A stretch of 64,000 bases of DNA, from contig JAPLLR010000014.1 of NCBI GenBank assembly GCA_026387455.1, positions 5,052 to 69,051 on the forward strand, read 5' to 3'. Positions within the stretch are counted from its first letter, which is position 1. Each line of letters starts with the position of its first letter. The stretch comes from Candidatus Omnitrophota bacterium. GTDB taxonomy: Bacteria; Omnitrophota; Gorgyraeia; Gygaellales; Profunditerraquicolaceae. The notes under the pieces were generated by a model that saw only the letters and a list, made by a program, of their open reading frames with translations, was not told where the DNA came from and ran no database searches. Shown here piece by piece: positions 9,525 through 18,976 of the stretch. A program made the position numbers and the translations under genes.

Positions 9525-9724
9525 TTCCACACCTCAATACAACAGTCGGGACAGATTACCGCGCACATTGCGCATCCAATACAAACCCCGGTATCTTTAA
9601 AAACCACTGGCTTTACCCCACGCTTATTCAATTCACCATCCGCCATAATCATATTCTTAGAGCAAACACTCACGCACAACAAACACCCCTTGCATTTTTC
9701 TCTGTCTATCTTTATTTTAGGCAT
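9521..9724 (-). CDS. 2x[4Fe-4S] ferredoxin (delta subunit)
   Basis: Two CxxCxxCxxxC motifs. Confidence 0.93.
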   Translation of the reverse strand: MPKIKIDREKCKGCLLCVSVCSKNMIMADGELNKRGVKPVVFKDTGVCIGCAMCAVICPDCCIEVWK

Positions 9725-11586
9725 GATTTAATTTTATCGGCTATACCTTGCGCGTTCAAGCCATATTTTTCAAGCAATAGATCCCGCTTGCCGTGCGGGA
9801 TAAATTCATCCGGCAGCCCTATTCTGACTACAGAGACACCTACCACCTCGTTCACCGCGCTCCCGAACCCTCCGTAGATAATCCCTTCTTCTATAGTGAA
9901 TATCTTCTTAGTCTTTAGGCTTATGCTTTTAAATAAATCCACATCCAGTGGCTTAGCAAAACGGGCATTAACCAGGGTTCCTGACAAACCCTCCTTAGCT
10001 AACAACTCCAGTGCATCCAATGAAGGCTCAACCATGGAACCTAAAGCAATAACCGCGAAATCTTTTCCTTCCCGCAAAACCTCTGACTTTCCCAACTCAA
10101 TGCTTTTTGCGGATGGCGCTGTAACATTATGGATTGTTGACCTAGGATAGCGGATGACTACCGGCTTATCCAGCTCCATGGCAAATTCAAGCATGCCCTC
10201 TAATTCCACGCCATCCTTTGGCGCCATCACAACTAAGTTTGGAATATTGCGCAGATACGTCAAATCAAAAATCCCCTGATGAGTGGCCCCGTCTTCTCCG
10301 ACGATTCCCGCGCGGTCAACAACAAACACCACTCCCGTATTCTGCAAAGCCACATCTTCAATTATCTGATCATACGCCCTCTGCAAAAACGTGGAATACA
10401 CCGCGATCACCGGCTTCAATCCTGCCCGAGCCAGACCCGAAGCAAAACACACCGCGTGCGCTTCGGCAATTCCCACATCAAAAAATCTCTGCGGATACGC
10501 ATCGCGAAACTTATCCAACCCCGTGCCTTCGGGCATAGCTGCGGTAATAGCTATAATTTTCTTGTTCTCTTTGGCCAGACTTACCAATTTATCCCCAAAA
10601 ACATCGGTATAGGACCTGCCTGCAGGGGTGCCTGTAGGCACACTAGCAGATTTTACTGCGGAAACAGGCCGGCCGGAACCTACCTCAAATGGCCCGGTAC
10701 CGTGGAATCTCACCGGATCATTTTCAGACGGAGAATACCCCTTACCTTTTTTGGTGATCACATGCAAAAGCCTTGGGCCCTTTATATACAGGATATTCTT
10801 AATCGCCGGGATCAGTGTATGCAAATCATGGCCATCAAGGGGCCCGAAATAACGAAAACCCATTTCTTCAAAAAGCATCCCCGGCACAAACAAACCCTTA
10901 AGCCCCTCCTCAAACCTATTCACCAGCTTAAGAATGCGGCTCTCGCTAGGCACGCGTGAACGGACAAAACTTTCCAGCTGGTCCTTAAAACGATTATATA
11001 TAGGTAGCGAGATAATCTTATTTAAATAAGTGCTAATAGCGCCTACGTTAGGAGCAATGCTTAATTCATTGGTGTTTAATACTACCAGTATATCTTTTTT
11101 CAAGTGGCCGGCGTTGTTCAACCCTTCAAAACACAGACCCCCGCTTAATGAACCATCCCCTATTACCGCTACGACTTTATAGTGCTCCTGGGTAAAATCC
11201 CGAGCCGCTGCCAGACCTAAAGCCAAAGAAACCGCGCTTGAAGAATGCCCGGTAGTAAAAGAGTCATAAACAGACTCGTCTTTCGAAGGAAAACCGCTTA
11301 TCCCATTAAACTGGCGCAAGGTCTCAAAAGCCGTGTTTCTTCCGGTTAATAATTTATGCGCATAGGCCTGATGCCCGACGTCAAAGATTATTTTATCCGC
11401 CGGCATATCCAGGCAATAGTGCAAGGCAATGATCAACTCCACCGCGCCCAAAGAAGAAGCCAGATGCCCTCCAGTCCTAGAAACTACATCCACCATGCGC
11501 TCCCTGACTTCAATAGCCAGCTGCAGCAGCTGCTCAAGCGGCACCTTATGCAGATCTTGCGGATTATAAATATTTTCTAACAGCAT
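9712..11586 (-). CDS. dxs: 1-deoxy-D-xylulose-5-phosphate synthase
   Basis: GGHLASSLG, DVGHQAY, GDGS, DRAG, DGATHQG. Confidence 0.97.
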   Translation of the reverse strand: MLLENIYNPQDLHKVPLEQLLQLAIEVRERMVDVVSRTGGHLASSLGAVELIIALHYCLDMPADKIIFDVGHQAYAHKLLTGRNTAFETLRQFNGISGFPSKDESVYDSFTTGHSSSAVSLALGLAAARDFTQEHYKVVAVIGDGSLSGGLCFEGLNNAGHLKKDILVVLNTNELSIAPNVGAISTYLNKIISLPIYNRFKDQLESFVRSRVPSESRILKLVNRFEEGLKGLFVPGMLFEEMGFRYFGPLDGHDLHTLIPAIKNILYIKGPRLLHVITKKGKGYSPSENDPVRFHGTGPFEVGSGRPVSAVKSASVPTGTPAGRSYTDVFGDKLVSLAKENKKIIAITAAMPEGTGLDKFRDAYPQRFFDVGIAEAHAVCFASGLARAGLKPVIAVYSTFLQRAYDQIIEDVALQNTGVVFVVDRAGIVGEDGATHQGIFDLTYLRNIPNLVVMAPKDGVELEGMLEFAMELDKPVVIRYPRSTIHNVTAPSAKSIELGKSEVLREGKDFAVIALGSMVEPSLDALELLAKEGLSGTLVNARFAKPLDVDLFKSISLKTKKIFTIEEGIIYGGFGSAVNEVVGVSVVRIGLPDEFIPHGKRDLLLEKYGLNAQGIADKIKSCLK

Positions 11587-11822
11587 TAGTCCTCTGTCTT
11601 TACCTCATCAAATGATTTCACCTCAAACTCGCCCTTTTTATTCTTTACCAGGGTATCGATTTTCTTCTTAGCGTTCTCAAGCCTTACACTACACATTCGA
11701 GAAAGCTCGATACCTTCCTGATATTTTTTCAACGCTTCATCCAGCGATAATTCGCCTTTTTCCAGGTCCTCAACGATCTTTTCCAGCTTTTTCAACGCTT
11801 CTTCAAATTTAACTTCCGCCAT
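11586..11822 (-). CDS. xseB: Exodeoxyribonuclease VII small subunit
   Basis: FEEALKKLEKIV..LE.GEL.LDEAL. Confidence 0.95.
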   Translation of the reverse strand: MAEVKFEEALKKLEKIVEDLEKGELSLDEALKKYQEGIELSRMCSVRLENAKKKIDTLVKNKKGEFEVKSFDEVKTED

Positions 11823-13155
11823 TTTTCATAACCTCCTTAACCGTGCTTGTAACTTCCCCCTTATGTAATCTGGTCCTAATACTATCCCCTGCTTTTAACC
11901 CAGACGCATCTTTAATTACTGCATTGTCTGAAAGCTTAAAAGTAATGCTGTATCCGCGGCCCAGAATATTCAAAGGACTTAAGGAAGAAAGTTTTTCCAC
12001 CGCAGTAGAAAACTGCGCCTGCCTTAATTCCAGAAAATGCCCGGCTCGCACATATATCTGCCGGGCCAGATCCAGAAGCTTTAACTGATAATCTTCAATT
12101 TGTGCCGCGGGATTAAGAAGGGTAAGCTTGTGCCTAAAAGTATCCAGCTTTCCAAAGCTTCGCTCGAAAATACGCTCCGCCCCGCTTTTAAGATGATGCA
12201 AAAGATTCTCTAGCTCCTCCTGAAAATTACGGGCGATATCGGAAAAAGCGCCCTGTAACATCTCAAACAGACTTTCTATCTTATCTGAAAGATCCTCTTT
12301 TCTTGGGATGACCAGCTCTGCGGCAACAGACGGAGTAGCAGCGCGCACGTCTGCCACCAGGTCTGAGATAGTCCAATCCCGCTCATGCCCTACCGCCGAA
12401 ATTATCGGGATATTTGAATTATATATAGCCCGGGCAACTATCTCTTCATTGAAAGCCCACAGATCCTCAATGCTGCCTCCGCCACGGCCGACGATCATCA
12501 CCTCGATACGATCATTTTTGGCCAACGTCTCATTGTAGGCGTTTAGATCCTGAATCCCCTGCGCAATATCCTTTCCTGCCGCCTCTCCCTGCACCTGAGC
12601 GGACCGGATGACTACTGCCAGGCCGCTAAAACGCCTGTCCAAGACCTTAAGGATATCTTTGATCGCCGCCCCTGACTCAGAGGTGACTATACCAATCTTG
12701 CCGGGCAAATACGGCAGCTGACGCTTATGTTCCGGGGAAAACAATCCTTCAATTTCTAGCTTCACCTTGAGCTGTTCAAGGGCCAACTGCAGACTACCGA
12801 TACCTTTAGGCTCGATTTTCTCAATAATAATCTGGTATTGCCCGTAAGGGCCATAGACGCTAATCTTGCCGAAACAGACCACCTTGAGCCCATTCTCCAG
12901 CTTAAACTTCACATCTTTATTGGCGCGGGCAAACATTACCGCACTTATTACCGCGGAGTCGTCTTTAAGGCTGAAATAAAAATGCCCAGAGGCATGGCTC
13001 TTAAAGTTGGAGACCTCCCCTTCCACCCAAATATCCGAGAATGAACTTTCCAGGATAAGCTTTATATCCTGGGTGATCTGAGAAACAGTAAGGATATGCC
13101 GCTCTCTTTTTATATCGAATGCCGAAGCAAAAAGATCCTGGTCTTCTTTTGACAT
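11809..13155 (-). CDS. xseA: Exodeoxyribonuclease VII large subunit
   Basis: GEVSNF, GHFYFSLKD, GRGGGSIEDLWAFN, GHERD. Confidence 0.97.
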   Translation of the reverse strand: MSKEDQDLFASAFDIKRERHILTVSQITQDIKLILESSFSDIWVEGEVSNFKSHASGHFYFSLKDDSAVISAVMFARANKDVKFKLENGLKVVCFGKISVYGPYGQYQIIIEKIEPKGIGSLQLALEQLKVKLEIEGLFSPEHKRQLPYLPGKIGIVTSESGAAIKDILKVLDRRFSGLAVVIRSAQVQGEAAGKDIAQGIQDLNAYNETLAKNDRIEVMIVGRGGGSIEDLWAFNEEIVARAIYNSNIPIISAVGHERDWTISDLVADVRAATPSVAAELVIPRKEDLSDKIESLFEMLQGAFSDIARNFQEELENLLHHLKSGAERIFERSFGKLDTFRHKLTLLNPAAQIEDYQLKLLDLARQIYVRAGHFLELRQAQFSTAVEKLSSLSPLNILGRGYSITFKLSDNAVIKDASGLKAGDSIRTRLHKGEVTSTVKEVMKNGGS

Positions 13156-14859
13156 TTAAGGATTGTTGTTTTTCTTCTTCAATAATACAAGATGCACCGA
13201 ATAAGGGGTTAGCTCCAAGTTCTCCTCAAAAACGCCTGAAGCAATAAAAGCATCCTTTTCTTCCTGCGGCTTAAACTCTAAAACCGCATTAGAAGAAGCA
13301 TCAATAGTATAACGCGCGTAAAGATATTCTTCCTTGAGATTCTTTAAAGACAGCTTTATTATCCGGCTAGTTTCAAGATATTTTTTAGCCTTATCATTGA
13401 CCTCCACCACGCTACTCAAAAGCGCGCGCAACTTCTTATTCACTCCCAGGCTGGACACCGGTATTTCATGGCTCAGTATCTTTTTCATGCGGCCCGAGCG
13501 GATAAAATTTAAGAGGATCTTCCGGCCCGTAGAATTAAGGCTACAGATATTGCGAGCAAGATAATTATCCACCGAGTCGGGATCAATATAATTATAGATT
13601 ATAATCGCATAGCCATCATCTGTCCCGGTGGCAATAGCTCCGGCAAACTCATCCTCAAGCTTTACCGGATACTTGGTCTTACCGAGCGAAGAAAGCATTT
13701 TAAATACATTGTAAATATTTTTGGGGCTTCCTTTATATTCACTATAGTCCGAATCAAAAGAAAATACACCCACATTGCGCACCACGCCTTCTTTGTTCCC
13801 CTGAAAATCCTCTAAGCAGAAATACAACTGATAATCAATACCTGCCTCGTACATATTTCTTATGTGGCTGGGAATAAAACTCGCGGTGATGTATGATTTC
13901 CCGTCGCGCTCCGGAAGCATATTAGAGCTGCGATCATAATTCCACTCGTCCACTATCAGAGGAATTCTGTTATCCTGGCGAAAATATGTAAGCCAGTTAC
14001 GGATAAGGCTGGATGCGGTCTTACCGTAAATAGTTGTGGCTTTTTCCGTACGGGGGTCGCTGGAATAACTGTGCCAACTGATAAAATCTAGCGGCATACG
14101 ATAATGATACGCCCAGCGGATAAGCTCATAGATCAGGCTGTTTTCAGGAGTAATAATGGTATTTCCTTCGGTGTTCTGAAACCACCAGCTGACACTTGGC
14201 CCCCCTAAGGGGATCTGCATCTTATACTCCCGCTCCAGATCCTTAACCGCTTCACCAGCAAAACGATAGACATTCAGATACTCCTGCCACTTGCCGATAA
14301 AAAAATCATCGGAATCCGGAGAATTCCAAATTTCATACCAGACATTATATTTATTCTTGCAGCTTAAATTCCTAATGATCTCTTTGATCTTGGCCTTATA
14401 CTGGCGCAGGTCGCGCGGGGGACTGCGAATATCTAGGACCCGTCCGGTCCCGACAGAAGTGCCAAACAGGTTCACGATCACAATGCCTCCGGCATCGCTA
14501 ACAGTCTTAATGATCTGCTCGTAATTATTAATGAGCTTATTCTGCAGATCTTTATTTTTAGAGAGCTGAGAGATCTCCCAGAGATTATATTGCAGTCGAT
14601 AGATTCCGCCGAAGCCGATTTCTTTTTGCCAGGACTCCAAAACGCGCCTATCCGCTATAGTTTGCGGCCAGACCATCTCCCGGTTAAACCCGCGGCCGCT
14701 CAAATCCACATTAGGCCTGAATACGTTCGGTAAGGGAATAGTCTCTGCCGCGGTATCTATAGCTAGTTCCAAATCCGCATTCTCGGCATAGGAATTAAAC
14801 GCAAACCCTAAAATACAAAACCCTAAATAAAAACTAATAAATATCGCGGCTTTTCTCAT
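13156..14859 (-). CDS. Secreted GH39-like (clan GH-A) glycoside hydrolase homologue
   Basis: Signal peptide; YEIWNSPD, LGGP, DFISWHSY, IVDEWN motifs. Confidence 0.65.
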   Translation of the reverse strand: MRKAAIFISFYLGFCILGFAFNSYAENADLELAIDTAAETIPLPNVFRPNVDLSGRGFNREMVWPQTIADRRVLESWQKEIGFGGIYRLQYNLWEISQLSKNKDLQNKLINNYEQIIKTVSDAGGIVIVNLFGTSVGTGRVLDIRSPPRDLRQYKAKIKEIIRNLSCKNKYNVWYEIWNSPDSDDFFIGKWQEYLNVYRFAGEAVKDLEREYKMQIPLGGPSVSWWFQNTEGNTIITPENSLIYELIRWAYHYRMPLDFISWHSYSSDPRTEKATTIYGKTASSLIRNWLTYFRQDNRIPLIVDEWNYDRSSNMLPERDGKSYITASFIPSHIRNMYEAGIDYQLYFCLEDFQGNKEGVVRNVGVFSFDSDYSEYKGSPKNIYNVFKMLSSLGKTKYPVKLEDEFAGAIATGTDDGYAIIIYNYIDPDSVDNYLARNICSLNSTGRKILLNFIRSGRMKKILSHEIPVSSLGVNKKLRALLSSVVEVNDKAKKYLETSRIIKLSLKNLKEEYLYARYTIDASSNAVLEFKPQEEKDAFIASGVFEENLELTPYSVHLVLLKKKNNNP

Positions 14860-15638
14860 TTTACTTTTCTCTGCACCCTGACTATTGACCTGGCCCTGCC
14901 TGTCGACTCATCCACATCCACCACAGCCCCAGCCAGCTGCACATTCTCCTCAGCCACTTCGAACTTTACCGGAACACAACTTAAAAACCTCTCCAGTACA
15001 TCTTCCACCCGCCTGCCGATGACCGAATCATAGGGCCCGGTCATCCCGGCGTCAGTCAGATACGCTGTCCCATCGGGAAGGATGCGCTCATCCGCGGTCT
15101 GAATATGCGTGTGCGTCCCCAAAACCGCCGAGGCCTTGCCATCCATATACCAGCCCAGCGCTACTTTTTCGCTAGTCGCCTCAGCGTGGATATCCACAAT
15201 AATCACTTTCGTCTCTTGGGATAGCTCCTGCCAGGCAGCCAGCGTGGTGCGAAACGGACACTCCAGCGCCTGCATAAAAACCCGACCGTTGACATTAATT
15301 ACTCCGACTTTGGCCCCGGACTTGGTCTTATATACGTTTGCCCCGCGGCCGGCGGCACCCGCGGGAAAATTCCCCGGACGTAAAATCCGCTCCTCGGCAT
15401 TGATCAGCTCAAAAATATCCTTCTTCTTCCAGATATGATCTCCGGAGGTCAACACATCGCAACCGGAGACAAAAAGCTCTTCGGCCACCTTCGAGGTTAT
15501 ACCTGAACCACCGGCAGCGTTTTCCGCATTGGCGATGACAAAATCCAAAGCGAATTCCTTCTTTAGTTCCGGAAGGAGATTCCTAACTGCGTCCCTGCCG
15601 GGTGAGCCCACTATGTCACCGATAAATAATATTTTCAT
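14856..15638 (-). CDS. ymdB: YmdB-family metallophosphoesterase
   Basis: GDIVG, NAENAAGG, HAEATSEK, GTHTH; directly after rny. Confidence 0.93.
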   Translation of the reverse strand: MKILFIGDIVGSPGRDAVRNLLPELKKEFALDFVIANAENAAGGSGITSKVAEELFVSGCDVLTSGDHIWKKKDIFELINAEERILRPGNFPAGAAGRGANVYKTKSGAKVGVINVNGRVFMQALECPFRTTLAAWQELSQETKVIIVDIHAEATSEKVALGWYMDGKASAVLGTHTHIQTADERILPDGTAYLTDAGMTGPYDSVIGRRVEDVLERFLSCVPVKFEVAEENVQLAGAVVDVDESTGRARSIVRVQRKVK

Positions 15639-17191
15639 TATTTCGCGTACTCTATGGCACGTATTTCTCTGACGACCGTAACCTTGATTGTTCCGGGGTA
15701 TTCCATGCCTTCTTCGATCTTTTTACGGATATCCCGCGCCATGTTGATAGCCTCGGCGTCATTGATCTTTTCCGGTTGTACAATTACCCGTATTTCGCGC
15801 CCTGCCTGTATAGCAAAAGATTTCTCGACACCCTTAAAAAGATTGGCGATAGACTCAAGTTTCTCCAAACGCTTGATGTAGGTTTCCAGGGTTTCGCGCC
15901 GGGCGCCCGGTCGGGCGGCACTGATAGCATCAGCAGCGATAGCCAGCACCGCGTACATGGTCGTCGGCTGGGCCTCTTCGTGATGCGCCTCTATGGCTGA
16001 GACCACATCCGGGGACTCATTATATTTCCTGGCCAGATCCGCTCCTAACTTCGCGTGGGTGCCTTCGATCTGATGATCCACAGCTTTGCCTATATCATGC
16101 AATAGGCCGATCCTGCGCGCAAGCTTAAAATCAAGTTTCAGCTCCGAAGCCATCACCCCTAAAAGAAAAGCAACTTCCTTGGAGTGCTGCAGGGCGTTCT
16201 GTCCAAAACTGGTGCGGTATTTTAGGCGCCCGAGCAGTTTAATAATCTCCGGGTGCAGGCCGTTTATCCCAATCTCGAATGCCACGCGCTCCCCTTCTTC
16301 GCGAATCTTGTCATCCATTTCTTTCTTGGTCTTCTCAACTATCTCCTCGATCCTTCCGGGGTGAATACGTCCGTCTGAAATAAGTTTCTCTAAGGAAAGG
16401 CGCGCGATCTCGCGGCGCACCGTATCAAACGCCGACAAAGTAACTGCCCCGGGAGTATCGTCAATTATCACGTCCACGCCTGTGGCCATTTCCAGGGCAC
16501 GAATATTGCGGCCTTCACGGCCGATAACCCGGCCTTTCATCTCATCATTAGGAAGAGTAACTACACTTACCGTTGACTCTACCGCATGTTCCGCGGCACA
16601 GCGTTGTATTGCCAGGCTCACCACTTCCTGCGCCTTCTTGTCAGAAATACTGCGCAGCTCTTCTTCCTGCCTCTTAATAAATACCGCCTTCTCGTTATTC
16701 AACTCTTCATTCAAGCGGCTAAGTAAAATCTGCTTAGCCTCTTCCGCGGATAAAGAAGAAATTTTTTGCAATCTTTCTTTCTCCTCAGCGACCAAAGCCT
16801 GCAGCTGCCCCTCCTTTACCTTTAGGCCTTCCTCGGCTTTGCGCAGAAAATCATTTTTCCCCTCAATATCTCTTTCCTTCTTCTCTAAAAGGTCCAGACG
16901 ACGGTCAATATTCTCTTCTTTCTGGGACAACCGCTTCTCCAGATTCGACAGCTCAAAGCGCCTATCTTTGGTCTCGCGCTCAAAATCCTGGCGCATGCGG
17001 TGCAAAAGGTCCTTTGCCTCAAGTTCAGCTTCCCGACGCTTATCTAGAGCGTCTTTTTTCGCCTGCTCCATGATATGCTGAGCTTGGGCTTCGGCAGCCT
17101 GAATCTTTTTCTCCGCAATGGTCTTGCGCAAAACATAACCTGCTCCCGCGGAAAGCAGAGCAATGCCTATACATACAATTATGGTAATCAT
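15638..17191 (-). CDS. rny: Ribonuclease Y
   Basis: N-terminal TM, coiled coil, KH ([12 protein letters not shown]), HD (LLHDIGK); start set at ATG 17191 behind AGGAGG. Confidence 0.96.
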   Translation of the reverse strand: MITIIVCIGIALLSAGAGYVLRKTIAEKKIQAAEAQAQHIMEQAKKDALDKRREAELEAKDLLHRMRQDFERETKDRRFELSNLEKRLSQKEENIDRRLDLLEKKERDIEGKNDFLRKAEEGLKVKEGQLQALVAEEKERLQKISSLSAEEAKQILLSRLNEELNNEKAVFIKRQEEELRSISDKKAQEVVSLAIQRCAAEHAVESTVSVVTLPNDEMKGRVIGREGRNIRALEMATGVDVIIDDTPGAVTLSAFDTVRREIARLSLEKLISDGRIHPGRIEEIVEKTKKEMDDKIREEGERVAFEIGINGLHPEIIKLLGRLKYRTSFGQNALQHSKEVAFLLGVMASELKLDFKLARRIGLLHDIGKAVDHQIEGTHAKLGADLARKYNESPDVVSAIEAHHEEAQPTTMYAVLAIAADAISAARPGARRETLETYIKRLEKLESIANLFKGVEKSFAIQAGREIRVIVQPEKINDAEAINMARDIRKKIEEGMEYPGTIKVTVVREIRAIEYAK

Positions 17192-17265
17192 GTTTACTAG
17201 CCTCCTTGAGCACAAGCTCAACCCCAATTTATCCTATTAAATTGGGGGTTTCCGAAATTAATTAT

Positions 17266-17829
17266 TTACGCAGAAATGACGTGAGTGACACTTACATCGT
17301 GGGAAGCAGTGGGAACAAAGGGTAAGATTTGAAAATCATACGCCAGGCCGATAGAAGGAGTATCCTTGAAGAGTTTGCCCAAGAAACGGTCATAATAACC
17401 CTTGCCGCGGCCGAGACGGTTGCCTTTTTTGTCAAAGGCCAGGCCCGGTACGATGATCAGGTCCAATTCCCTGAGCCGCACAGGCCTCTTTACCGCCGGT
17501 TCAACCACGCCATAGGGACCTTTACGCATCACCCCGTGGCCATCTAATATACATGGCTTGATGGATATTCTATCGCTTATGCAAACTGGCACAGCCACTA
17601 TCTTACCTAATTGTTTTGCCGCTTTTATCATCTGATCTGTATTTACTTCCCCACGAAGCGCGATGTAAAACATCACTATCTTCGCCTTTTTAAACTCGAT
17701 TGTTTTTAAAAGTTTGGAACCGATAGCCTTGATTTTTTGAGACCTGTCTTCCTCCTTCTGTCTTTTCAACCTTAAAAGGATTTTACTACGTAATAGCTTT
17801 TTTGTCAACGCGACTTCCTTAATGTCCAT
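17266..17829 (-). CDS. 5-formyltetrahydrofolate cyclo-ligase
   Basis: VPGLAFD..GNRLGRGKGYYDR motif. Confidence 0.93.
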   Translation of the reverse strand: MDIKEVALTKKLLRSKILLRLKRQKEEDRSQKIKAIGSKLLKTIEFKKAKIVMFYIALRGEVNTDQMIKAAKQLGKIVAVPVCISDRISIKPCILDGHGVMRKGPYGVVEPAVKRPVRLRELDLIIVPGLAFDKKGNRLGRGKGYYDRFLGKLFKDTPSIGLAYDFQILPFVPTASHDVSVTHVISA

Positions 17830-18259
17830 GCCCGTGTTCATCGTGTCCGCGCTTCTTTACTTCGAAAGGCACGGGAATTCCAAGTTTCTCGTAATAGTTC
17901 TGCAGAGCCGAACGCAAGGCCTCTTCAGCTAAAACCGAGCAGTGCATCTTCACTGCCGGCAGGCCCCCCAAGGCCTCAGCCACTGCTTTATTAGAGATCT
18001 GCAGCGCTTCACTAATGGTCTTGCCCTTAACCATCTCAGTAACCATGGAGCTGGTAGCAATAGCCGCTCCGCAGCCAAAAGTTTTAAACTTAACCTCTAC
18101 AATCACATCGTTTTCTATCCTTAAAAACATCTTCATTACATCCCCGCAGATAGGATTTCCCACAGTACCCACGCCGCTTGCATCCGGAATATCCCCGACA
18201 TTACGCGGGTTAGTAAAGTGGTCCATTACTTTATCTGAATACGGATGCTGGTCTGCCAT
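17819..18259 (-). CDS. iscU: IscU/NifU-type Fe-S scaffold protein
   Basis: HFTNPRNVG, CGD, FGCGAAIA, KMHCS. Confidence 0.92.
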   Translation of the reverse strand: MADQHPYSDKVMDHFTNPRNVGDIPDASGVGTVGNPICGDVMKMFLRIENDVIVEVKFKTFGCGAAIATSSMVTEMVKGKTISEALQISNKAVAEALGGLPAVKMHCSVLAEEALRSALQNYYEKLGIPVPFEVKKRGHDEHGHGH

Positions 18260-18260
18260 T

Positions 18261-18914
18261 TTAAATATTAACCATCAATTTGTGCGGCCGGGTTTGCTTC
18301 TTAAAATCCCGCGGTTTTCGGATCTCTAACAAATCCCCTAGTTTCTTTTTCTTCTCCAGCTCTTTATAAATCAATACCCAGACGCAGTCCTTGTCTTTAT
18401 CTACCTCGCATTTACCCTTATCCACTCCCCCGCACGGGCCATTCATCAGGCCCTTGGGACATAGGGTAACCGGGCAGATCCCCGCAGTTTTATCCAAGAC
18501 ACAATCCCCACATAAAGAACATTTCTCAAGAAAATTGCCCTGCGCATCCATCACCGCGGGAAAAATAGAATTAAGCGCCGGCAGCACCGCAAGTCCCAGC
18601 CGGTCATTATCTTTTACCGACTGTACGCCCAGACCACAGGCTAAAACCAGGAATACCTCAGCCTCGCGCAAGGACTTCATGTTCTTGGCAAATTCAGCCT
18701 TAACCTGGCTGGCTACGCAAGGGGCAGAAGGCATGCACATGCCTACGATCCTTTTGTCGGCTGCTTCCAGCATCTCTTTCGCCTTAGCCAGCTCCGGCTC
18801 ACCGCCGGTCTTACAAGTAGCTGCGCACTCGCCGCAGCCTACCAGAAAAATCCTGGTATAGCCCTTTAAGCTATCTATAATCTGGACAAAGGGTTTAGTT
18901 TCTGAAATGATCAT
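18261..18914 (-). CDS. MetV-like methylenetetrahydrofolate reductase C-terminal domain protein
   Basis: GCGECAATC.TGG, CG.GVQ, CSLCGDC, CPVTLCPKGLMNGPCGG. Confidence 0.85.
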   Translation of the reverse strand: MIISETKPFVQIIDSLKGYTRIFLVGCGECAATCKTGGEPELAKAKEMLEAADKRIVGMCMPSAPCVASQVKAEFAKNMKSLREAEVFLVLACGLGVQSVKDNDRLGLAVLPALNSIFPAVMDAQGNFLEKCSLCGDCVLDKTAGICPVTLCPKGLMNGPCGGVDKGKCEVDKDKDCVWVLIYKELEKKKKLGDLLEIRKPRDFKKQTRPHKLMVNI

Positions 18915-18976
18915 GGTTTTCTCCCCAAACCCTCAAATTTTAGCACGAATCGAGGAGTGGGGCAAGAGAAAATACC

